NCBI RefSeq assembly: GCF_964355755.1
Contig: NC_092680.1
Location: 18,981,045 to 19,045,044, forward strand
Reading direction: 5' to 3'
Length of the DNA: 64,000 nucleotides
From: Antedon mediterranea
Taxonomy: Eukaryota > Animalia > Echinodermata
Shown here in pieces: positions 23,101 to 32,615 of this stretch (position 1 is the stretch's first letter; each line of letters starts with the position of its first letter). The notes below the pieces were generated by a model that did no database searches, was not told the DNA's origin, and saw only the letters and a program-made list of their open reading frames with translations. Position numbers and translations under genes: made by a program.

Positions 23101-26100
23101 AATAACAAGAGGTTGAGCTATTTTTATTCATTTATATATTTCTGTTGTGTTATTACTTGATTTTATTTCTTATAGAATAGTATGGACATATGTGTGAATG
23201 AAAGTTACTCTTGCGCAATTTTTATTTGTTTGGACTCAATGTCAACAATTTTAATTTTCATTTGTTTGGACTTCATCTCAACAATTTTCATTATAGTAGT
23301 GAGACACAAAACTGTGAACTCATATTATTGTCACAAATAAAAATCCGCTCCAGTTTTATTAGATATGCTTGACCTTTTGGCAAAATCAATTCACGCTATT
23401 ATACTGTAAATAACAATGGATTGGATGGGCTAGAGAAATGGCTAAGTAGCTACCAGAGTATAATGAACATTATTTGTGGTATATTTTGTGATAGCATGTT
23501 TCTATTTCAATTTAAATGTCATTGTGTGGCTGGTAGTAGGGTAGTACTAGTATTAGTACCAGAATGTTTTACAAATTGAATGCAAGAATAATTAATTTTT
23601 GGTACATGGACACATCAAACTGGTCACAATGGTCTCATGGCAAATGTAATTTGAATTGTGTGTGTCAACTGGTAACATGTCTATTAAATAGGAAAACATA
23701 AAAACAAATAACAAATTCCTAAGTTAAATATGTGCTGTACCTTTCAATCAACAATCAGTATCTATGTAATGTATTATATTTATGATGGAAAAAGATTAGC
23801 TGGTATAAAGTTTATTCTGAAGACCATTTCAGCAATTGTAATCGCTCAACAATGGTAGCATTGCCCTCCCCCACTCCCCTCCCCTCCCCAAGAAGCATCT
23901 TGTAGCATACTCTGGATTGGGTGTCCTTAAACATCTTAAGCTCTGCCTACACTATCAAACATTATGTGACAAAAAAATGTGATATGGACTTGATGATGTC
24001 ATATCACTACCATATTTAAGCATATCACTACCATATTTAGGCATTTTTTGTCATCAAACTAGTTTGATAGAGTATACATACCTTAATAATAAGTAAATAA
24101 CATGTTTTTATCCTAAAAGGGCACCAGCCAGCTTTATTCAATATTGGATGACGGGACATACATTACATTGTAAACACTTTTCATCTATTCTGTTGCTATA
24201 GATATAAAGCATAACAAAATTCTACTCATATTAAAATGATAATTATTTATTTATTTATTTAATTTATTTTCGGTATATAAAATATATTACAAATGCCTAA
24301 AAATTTGTTCAAATTGCTATAAAAATAGAAACATCTTATTAAAATTAGATATCGTACCATAAAATTAAAAACATAGATGAATAAAAAACCTTAAAACATT
24401 CACTTAATACATATCTAAAAAAGAGCTAGTGGTGCCTATTTTAATGAGAACTACACTGCTGATGAATATCGAGTATTACGTAAATATGTCACAAAAATAA
24501 AACCATGTCATTGTCTACCAATGTGTAAAGAGTTTAACTACTAACATAACACAATTTAAGGAAGAAGAACTGTTAGTTTTTTTTCATACGCATGCAACAG
24601 CAAGCACACGCCAATTACAGGATGGTTAAACTATTTTATAATTTATCGTGCTTATAAACTAAGTCTCATTTGAGCCTGTAGGGAGTGGAGTTGAAGGCAA
24701 GCATGTTAACCACCAATTACAGCTCCACTATACTACTATTGATTGAAAAATGAGTACCGTATATGGAATAAAAAGTGAATGAAAATTAGAGTGAGTTTAT
24801 TAGACACTATAGTGTTAGTACACACTGTAAACTCTATAAACATATACTAAGTTAAAGAGAAAAATAAATAGGTCTTCATTTTCTTTCTATTAAGTATTAT
24901 ATTTAAATCTATTTTTGTAAAATGGGTTGCTATCATATTTCTAAGTTTTGTTTTGCTTTCATTTCAATTGACAATCTATGTTTCGCCTGTTGTCGTTATC
25001 ACATGCAATATATCAAATAATATTACTTATTTATTAGTGAAGATCTTTTTCACTTTATATTGAATAAAATAGGATATGCTTAGATTTGCCTAGAGTTGTC
25101 AGTAATTGTTTGATAGAATACAGTAAACCTTCAGTCCTATACCCCCTTAGTGTATAAAAAAATGTGAAATATTTATAAAGTGGAAGAATTAACAATGTGC
25201 TTGCAGTTTGTACACAGAGAAATTAGATATTAATTCTTATATCAGACTGTATGAAACAAGCAAAGAAAACAGGATTTGGTTTTAAACTTTAATTTGTTTT
25301 TTTTTTCATTTTGTAAAAACAAATATCAGTAGGAAACACACAGGGTAAAAATCTCTATGTAAAACGAGATCTTAAATTGTTCCTCTCGTAGATCATTTAG
25401 CTAAAGGCTGCAGTAATGATTTGTTAGGCCTAGATATGTACTAAAATGAATGGAAAATGCACAGAAACCAACATACTATTATTTATTAGATTAGAAAAGA
25501 TGAAATCATTTTATGTGTATGTAAAATTCAGGGAACGTAAAATCAGGGTACATCCAATGTAGGTCCTACTTATGGCAAATCCAACTATTATGTCAGATTG
25601 TTTTTTTTTCTTACCTCCGTTTGTTGGTTTTACTCCTGTTAAAACTTTTCTACTTTCTTCAAAATAATGATTTGGATGCTGGATAGATGTTGTTCCTTCA
25701 GGTAGCTATGTATAAAAACAATACAACAAAGACTACATTATTGCATACATTATATTCCAATATCCTAATGCACTTGTCAATTGTATGACCCACTATACAA
25801 CCCCCGGGAGAGGTGCGTCATTTGTCCGATGTGCGTCATACATTATTAATACCATGACACACTCGTGCATCAAAAATGTGACTTACCTTTAGGTGAACAT
25901 GATGCACCCATTTTGACGGACTGTGACCATGTTGTTTATGATATGTTTAGTGGTAAAGTGACAGACATTGACACACAATCGTTCATTGATGTGACGTACC
26001 TTCTAGGTTTTTTGACGCACCCCTGCGTCAGTAATTATTTGTAGATGACACACCTCTCCCGGGGGTCATATAATTGACAAGTACCTAACTATATAGTTTT

Positions 26101-29100
26101 TCTATTTCTAATATACTATTGGTACAAAAGCATTAAGTTATAATCTACTATAAGGGCGAGAGTATGTATGGTTGTTCATTTAGCACATTTTTGCTATTGC
26201 AGTGCATCCATACACATGGGGTATCAATCATATATTATGTACCTTTATGAAATTATCAAGTGCTGAGTATAGGAAATTCCTGTATGGGAAATTCCAGTGT
26301 TATTATAGACAAGAAACAGATATACAATCAATAACTCTAACCTGATGGGTGACGTCAAAATATCTGGAGCATGCCAGCTGGCAATGGCCACCATTCATAT
26401 ACGTCATGATCTGGAATAAACATAGAAATCAATGCACTTATTCATATATAAGGGAGGAGCGGTCAGTGCGAGTGTAGGAATGAGGTGTTGAAACAGAAAT
26501 TAAGCATTGAATAAGGAAAAATATTGTTTCATTCCCAATCATTACATTGTATGTATTCTTTAATTCATAATATTTTTGATTTGAAAAGCTACCATGATCA
26601 TAGCGCCTCTATGTTATGACTATTTAAGAGAAAAAATAGAGTTGCTTCAACACCAATGCCACATTGATTTACAATCATTCAGGAAATCATCTTAAAGCAG
26701 CTACTGTATAAGAAATTGATGACTAAAAAAACTAAAATGGTTAAAGGTTTCCTCCATTAAGAAATGGTTCCAGAACTTCAAATGCTTTATTAGTAGGAAA
26801 CGATGCCAATGTAGGCTAAATAATCTTTTTCTCAAAGATGGCAAATATAAACACTTCTCTGGGTCCAATTGTTGCACTCTACTGTACATCCATAATAAAT
26901 AATGTTATATTGTGTAATGCTAGGTACAGTAGCCACACTCTGTGGTTAACCTGGTCATGAAATACGTAAATGAACATAAAGAATAAAGAAAGATTGTTAT
27001 TCTAAATACTTACAGAATCAATACTGGTTTGTGAGACACCATAAGATGACATTTGCTGTTTCAGGATTGTGGCATCAGAATGTCGAAAAGGACAGCCTAA
27101 ACAAATTTAAATATCTAATGGGTTACGATGGAGTTAGTTTTATAAATTTCAGTTGTTTGTTGGATATACAGTGTTTACCATGGGCTGTGAAAAGCATAAT
27201 TCATAAATATATAAGTGTAAAGTATCGACCAATCGGTTAAGAAATTTGAATAGCAAAAGATTACAAACATTCACCTATGGTAGATTATATCCACTTTAAT
27301 TAAAAAAATACATACATTACAGAAAGTATAAGCAATCTGGTATAGTGTACAAAAAAAAACTACTAAGTAATGTGAAGTAAGTTGCCTTTCTTACCATGAT
27401 GGTCACCAGCTCCAGGAGCATTTGACGTAATAATCTTCATACAACTGTACGGTGTGTAGTCAACACGCTTACCCTCTTTGCCATAGTTGTGCCGAATGTT
27501 GTATGCATATTGTTTGTCAAACTAAATAAAAAGAAAAACTTAGTTTATAAGTATCGCTGTGAAACATTTAGAAATGATAAAGAACATGAACAGGAATGTA
27601 GAATGCACTTATCTACATCCAACAACATAAGTTAGCAGGCAATTATGGTAAATTTATTGTTTCAGTGTTGTAATGAATGTATTTTTAACAACAATCTCTG
27701 ATCATTCAGGGATTTTGTGTTTCCACCAAGCATTGTAAGAAGGGTGGTAGGAAAGTAAACTAATGGCTATAATAGTATAATAGTGGTGAATTTTAACTAT
27801 TGTTATATATTTTTTATTTGTAATGTTTTTATGTCGCTTGTATTGTTTGCCCCTCAAAATCAGCTTCCGCTGGCTGGGTCACCCTCTTGAAATATTGTTG
27901 AATAAATAAAAAACAACCTATTACAACCTTGGTGACAGCTAGGGTGGAACTGGTAGGTTCTCCCAAAACAAATTGTCAATTTAGATAATTTTTTATTATT
28001 AAAATTACTGATTGCTGGGTCTGTAAATAATTTTTTTTTTACTGCGGACCTGTATCTAATCTAATGGGGTTAAGTATATTCTGATAAGAGCCTCATCAAA
28101 GAAAAAGCTGTTTTTTTTAAATCACATACCTTATCTACATCCATCGTCTTACTAAATTCTGATCTCCAAAATATGAGTGCTTGTTCCAGAGTGATTCCAA
28201 TAGCTTTGAGAAAGAGACCATACTGCATACGTCCCCAGTATTTAAGATGATGGTCATGTTTGAGGGCAGAATGTAGGTGCCTCATGCAAAGAGGGAACGA
28301 CTTGCGTGACAGCTGGAAATCAGAAAAGAAATTTAAGCAAAATTAGTTTGGGAAATAAGTACTTTATCAATCATGGTATAACAAAGGTTAAGTTAAAAAT
28401 TCATTTTTAACACGTTCACTGCCACGGCGTATTTATACGTCAAAAATTGCGTGTCGCTACTTGCCAAGACGTAATACTACGTCAAAATCGTAGCACTTTT
28501 GTATTGTATGTAGAATCGCTGGCAGTGGTGATTGGAACAGGAATTATCGCATGGCAGTTTATGAATGATGTACGTAAACGATAATCTAAAAATAAATGTC
28601 ATATGTTTGTTTGTGTTTATTCCCTCATGCATTGAATATGGTTGATACGATGGCGCCCTCACACTCAATATAATCATCTCAAACATGTCATAAATTGCGC
28701 TAATAGTAAATAAAAATAATAAAGGATGAAATGATTCAGTGTGGTTTACTGTTTTTATCTCTCGATGATAGGGTGGGTCAGAGGATGGGGGTCAGATATT
28801 GACCCCATCATGATAGTCTGTGACCAGATGTTACACTTTCAAACTGTAATTTAATATGTAAACGGGACTTGGCACTGGGACAGAAATTACGGAAAATGCC
28901 TTGGCAGTCAATGTGTTAAAACAACAAACTACTAAAAAACGTCTATTGTGAAATTATCTCAGGGATGTAGTAGATAGTCTAGTCTACGGGGCATCAAGAA
29001 TTGACGGGTGATTTTAAATCCAAACAATAGACTTTTAGACAAATAATTATTGAGTTTTTCATTGATATGCATCGAGATTTTGAAATAGAAAAACATTTTA

Positions 29101-32100
29101 ACAAAATAATACCGTTTCAAACTTGTTTACAATTTGGAACTTTGTTCCTCTCGTAGCCACAAAGCTGGAACGTGGGGAACTTAGAACACCTACATTACAT
29201 TAGCCTAAACAACTTACACCATCTAGCTCTCCTATTGAAACCTTGCCAGCATTTGTCTGCTTTCCTCCATAATCCTGTCCAAGATACTGCTTGCTCAGGT
29301 TGTTAAGCAGAGGAAGGAGTCGGTTGTCTTCCTCAAGCTGCGGTACTGCACGTGCCGTCAGAGCTAGTGCGTGGGACAGGTGAGCACGGTATGCACTAAT
29401 TACGATTGATACAAGGTCATTACTGGGTACATATGCATATCCCTGTAGAAAAAAAAACAAAACTCGTAAATTGATTGCTAATGTTATCAGACAGCGTATA
29501 ATTCATTTTGCAACATTTATTCCAGTTGAAGTTTTTCTTAATTGTCATAATAAAAAGTTTTAAAAAACTTTATAAATCAACTAGAATATACTTCATTTCA
29601 ACCAAGTATGATGCATTTAAATTCTATATAATAATTACCTTGTGAACATATATTTTTCTACTTCTCACCAGATCAAGGGCTTCAGTAAAAGGAACCTTTA
29701 AAGACAGAACAAGCAATATAATTAAATAATAATAAAACAAAATGAAACTGAACTAAAAATGATTAACAAAAGCTTTAAAGTTATATATACAATAATGGCA
29801 GTGATAAATTTAAAATTATCTATAATTCATTTTATTATTAGTCAACTCTTTTGTATTGGGTGAGCCTATTTCACCCTGGCAACCTTTTGTACGGGACAAT
29901 CCAAATTGTACTTGTGGCTTTAATGTTGAGAATCCGCTTCATTTCTTATGTTACTGCCCTAATTATAATACACAAAGAGATATTCTACTTGTAAGCGCTA
30001 ACTCAATTATTGAGGATATCTTAGCCAAGGATTTTTCTTTAACATTTAATTTTACATTTTTAAGTGAAATTTTTATTTTTGGTTCCGATCTTCTTTCGAA
30101 TTGTGAAAAAAATGCTTTATTATTTTATTATGTACAACAATTTCCTGTTAATTCTGGAAGATTTAATTGATGTTTCTGTTAGTTGTTTTAAAATGTTGTA
30201 TTTGTTAATCTGAGGCGCCTTGAAGCTAAGGTGGTTCCATCTTGTAAGGCGCCTCTGTGTAATATACTGAATAAAAAAAAAAACAAAAAAAAAAAAAACC
30301 TTGTACGATACAGTAATGCAAACTATTGGACAAAAATTAGTAAATCAATTCATTAACAAACATGTATATGAGTGACATATAACTATGATTGATCCATATT
30401 CAATAATCTTTGATGACCTTACAATAATATTGTCTGGCCTATGAGTAAACATTCATCATCTCAACATAAAATAAAAGAAACCTAATAATAATAACTCACT
30501 AATAACACCTGTTGTTAATTAGGACAATGGCTAGAAACTGACCAATTAATATTTAATGTAATAAAAACAAATTATAAAGACCTTATAGAATTCAATTCCT
30601 TCAATGCTCATCTCTGTCAAGTTGTAACTTGAGTCAACCAACTGTTTCTTAAGTGCTTCCTTCTCTTTCGCGTCAATCTTAAAAAAAAATAAAATATTAT
30701 TCAAGGACAGAATCTTAAGTGTAATAATACTGTTTAATAATAGAATAATGAATAATATAATATTTTGTGGCGAGTGGCTTTTTCAATATTTTTATGGATT
30801 GTTTGAATCTGGGAGTTTGTTTTATTTTACACTGATGAAAATGTGAAAATGGCAAACACTCTGAAAAGCTTGGTGTTAAAAACGTTTCACCTGAGCAATG
30901 TACTTTAGTCCACTCTACCAATACTGTACACTAGGTCTGGTGTTCCTTAAATCCTATTTTCCAAATGTACTTTAGTGATATAAAATAATTTGGGACCTCA
31001 AGGACAGTCTGATATTCGGAGTGGTTCCAGTTTTCAGAGAGTCCAGTTGGGAGAGTCCAATGAACAGTAAATAATAGTAAGTTTACATCCACAATTTTCA
31101 TGCATTTAAAGAATTATATTAAAAAAAAAGAATAATTTAGTGAACTACTTGTTTGCTAACCAAACAAAATAAACTAGTATAATATAAATTTAGCATTTTC
31201 TATTAGAAATATAAGACAACATTTCGGAGGGCACAATAGAATTTATTGAGAAAGAAATTGACTCCTTAGAGGCAAAACTAAAATAGGCTTTCTACTTACA
31301 GGTTCATAGTGAAGATCATTGTCAATTAAAAACTGTGTTCTAAAAGATGTCCTTTCATCAAGAAATCGAAAACGAAACAACTCAAGTTCCTGAGTTATGA
31401 ACCATCGACGCAACTCTTCTCTACAAAAAAAACCCATTTTAAATAAGTTTTGCCATTCTGCATATTTGGAATCTTTATAAACCATAATAAAACAATAGGT
31501 TATAGATTCATATAGCCTTACGATTTGCAATATGCTAATCGGAGAATAAAATGAGAAATGTGGTCTGATCTTCTTTTCTGAATCTCAGCAGTTGCAGCTC
31601 CTCCCATGGACTAAAAAATAGAAAAAACATCAATAATAATAACAATTTAGAAGATAAAATACATAGATTTTTACTTTCTCCTTTGGCTTTATTCTGGCAA
31701 ATCAATTAGCAACAAGGACACTATTCGATATATTATTACAGTACAATAAGGTGGATTGCAAATAGCTTGATTTAGCAAGGAACGTCATTGCACAATGCAT
31801 GATGGAAGGGTTTGAGAGCAAATGTCGCAGCGCATACGTACAAACAACAGATCACGTACGTACACGTTGTGACGTTTTCTCCCAAACCCTTCCCACTATG
31901 CGTTGCGCACGCTATTTGCGATAAACCTTATGAATGCATCTGAATCTAAAAACACCAAACTTAACTGATATATCTGTCGACCATCTACTAGTACTAGGCT
32001 ACTATAGTTTTCTAGAGCTAGGCCTAGTGCGTTAATTTTAAAACTTTACCTCAGATTTTGGCAAAAATTTATCTTTATTAAATTCGGTTTCTAAAGCTTT

Positions 32101-32460
32101 CTGAAACTGTTTGGAACCTTTCTTTTCTTTAAATGACATCGACTCAATCACCTTTAGAACTGAAACAAGAAATGAACCTAGTATGAGTATTAATTATAGT
32201 GCTGTTTGCATATTCATTGGCTAGGTGAGTACTGACAGTAGGCCTAGACCTTAGTTAGGCCCAGGGTAATGAAGTATAGACAGGCAGCTTTACTCACCTT
32301 TCAGCCGCTGGATAGCAAGGTCTTCAAATTCCTGGAGAGAGATATTATCTGTCGGAGGTTCTTTATAAAATTGGATGGTATGTGCGTATTTTTTTTCTGA
32401 AGGATCACCATCTTCAACCTTTATCTTCTTCTGTCGTTTAGTTCTTTTTGCAAAATTCAT
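17165..32460 (-). CDS. PRIM2: DNA primase large subunit p58 (13 coding exons, 518 aa)
   Basis: Exons 32298-32460, 32050-32159, 31522-31610, 31300-31420, 30582-30677, 29639-29695, 29218-29442, 28130-28312, 27395-27521, 27014-27096, 26342-26410, 25615-25705, 17165-17307 join in frame with GT-AG introns (1557 nt). Motifs: [84 protein letters not shown] (four Fe-S cysteines), [10 protein letters not shown]. The last exon is assigned from phase and its acidic tail and is slightly less certain. Confidence 0.95.
18614..18798. mobile_element. Degenerate short TIR element (Tc1/mariner-type MITE-like); related fragments at ~15148-15208, ~15975-16088 and ~58845-58895
   Basis: CAGTGGGACACCCCTAATCAGGGGACA...TGTTCCCTTAATAGGGGTGGTTCTACTA inverted ends. 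The CCTATTAAGGGGACAC motif is shared among the copies. Confidence 0.55.
19200..19585 (+). promoter_or_regulatory. Candidate promoter and 5' UTR exon region of the nested RING-NHL gene
   Basis: Motif cluster: GAAATCGAAA (19205), palindrome TGACCTAGGTCA (19265-19276), inverted ETS cores AGGAAGTGCATGACTTCCT (19281-19299), GGGAAAATCT (19313), possible donor CCG|GTAATT (19479), and ISRE-like GTTTCACTTTC (19573). A strong acceptor TTTTTTATATTTTTAG ends at 20194, just before the ATG. Confidence 0.4.
20207..22465 (+). CDS. RING finger / coiled-coil / NHL-repeat E3 ubiquitin ligase (TRIM-NHL/NHL-1-like, no B-box), single coding exon, 752 aa
   Basis: C3HC4 RING CPMC...[14 protein letters not shown]...CPNC, a Q/L/E-rich coiled coil, an S/P/Q-rich linker, then about six NHL repeats (e.g. 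[60 protein letters not shown]). The ORF is uninterrupted; AATAAA occurs at ~23055 and ~23336. Confidence 0.95.
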   Translation: MADDILHILECPMCLEIFDSTRHRPKLLPCQHTFCVPCLDMIMKNNAIECPNCRVQVPLPVAGKGVEGFPNNLTMFALIDLQGKSEQSSNVQQVPESPLTAQQSVNLQTRQTISALISQLKGKVNTLSQTNVQENKLEQSYQYAKGQIDSSLEKVVNEVRARKNILVSQLEAQRQDGKRHLQVQRQQAQELLKSFQNEIQAVMSANQQPSKEDLDNIVAKCKNYLQQLHNLEMRGQGSWSWSYIEDSKEQLDQEIANFGQIYSNRSATVTSNQSQTNTDGRLSGQTMHIQTEQLANHLQTSLNTEQSISPLSAGNPFNSPTIVGIPRRDSGNSLSSIGASQSFDSGIDSRRRSESFSSEHLQSSPSFNQSNLQVSRQMPQIKPNPQTQATNPFSRRTSAGPVLNPPPPVTNRRSSSPLQRHQSTGAVSVVAKSLPAQQTFVRNNPQNVQLSQVSSTTNASAISPSAAPNYRLRGNPCKVLGEGPSRGIKFSKPVALLSLPNTNLAVLDENYNSIAILTAEGQILKSYGTMGNKPGQFSAPKSFFLNKRNQFVVSDSGNNRVQIWDTGRDFVNEFGCAGHPSIQLSSPIGIVSDRLENIYICDANNQCVKVYKSDGTFLRQIGQGGDSDGQFKKPSHIAFTPGNQLMVTDSLKHLVQVFTPDGKFLYKFGGWGTEPGKLNSPTGIAVDPQGYVIVADTGNHRIQIFYASGTMETCFGTHGSEEGQFDEPTGIGFVHNGRFAVCDTGNKRIQII
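23938..24084. mobile_element. Short TIR MITE, family B copy 1 (two 21-bp internal units)
   Basis: AAGCTCTGCCTACACTATCAAAC...GTTTGATAGAGTATACATACCTT, homologous to 34331-34620. Confidence 0.75.
24605..24690. repeat. Dispersed repeat fragment; inverted copy at ~38790-38880
   Basis: GCCAATTACAGGATGGTTAAACTATTTTATAATT...TATAAACTAAGTCTCATTTGAG is the near reverse complement of CTCAAATGAGACTTAGTTTATAAAG...AATTATAAAATAGTTAAAATCCTGCTGTAATTGGC. Confidence 0.7.
25769..26085. mobile_element. MITE, PIF/Harbinger-like, family A copy 2
   Basis: TAA|TGCACTTGTCAATTGTATGAC...CCCCCGGGAGAGGTG and CACCTCTCCCGGGGGTCATATAATTGACAAGTACC|TAA, with a TAA target duplication. Confidence 0.85.
28411..28915. mobile_element. 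Non-autonomous piggyBac-like element (TTAA target)
   Basis: TTAA|CACGTTCACTGCCACGGC...GCCTTGGCAGTCAATGTG|TTAA: inverted termini and a TTAA TSD. Confidence 0.75.
29856..30298 (+). mobile_element. 5'-truncated non-LTR retrotransposon (LINE) 3' end with poly(A) tail
   Basis: The ORF fragment [27 protein letters not shown]...IFGS...SGRFN* resembles the C-terminal Cys/His region of LINE ORF2 proteins. The 3' UTR has a GAGGCGCC...GGCGCCTC stem, AATAAA and an A-rich tail (30270-30298). Confidence 0.75.
31746..31931. mobile_element. Fold-back (near-palindromic) MITE in PRIM2 intron 2
   Basis: ATAAGGTGGATTGCAAATAGC...GCTATTTGCGATAAACCTTAT. The internal arms GGAAGGGTTTGAGAG / CTCCCAAACCCTTCC are also complementary. 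Confidence 0.75.
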
Positions 32461-32615
32461 ATTATAAAGTTAAATGATATGGTATTAGACTCTCTCTCTA
32501 GTAGGCTAGGCCTCTCTATTATGTAGGACTTGTTTCGCGCGGAATTTTGTGTGCTTGCTCATGCGCAAAAGGCAATTTTACTGGCGAAAATAACAAAAAC
32601 AAACACATTTTTAAA
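32461..32615. promoter_or_regulatory. Bidirectional promoter shared by PRIM2 and MECR
   Basis: Only 155 bp separate the two divergent ATGs. The interval has an E2F-type TTTCGCGCGGAA (32533-32544), an NRF1-like TGCTCATGCGCA (32556-32567) and a second E2F-like CTGGCGAAAA (32581-32590). Confidence 0.8.

Noticed and set aside
30576-30581. Unusual PRIM2 donor AAG|GTCTTT as a possible U12 intron
   Set aside because: It does not match the U12 consensus GTATCCTT; treated as a weak U2 donor.
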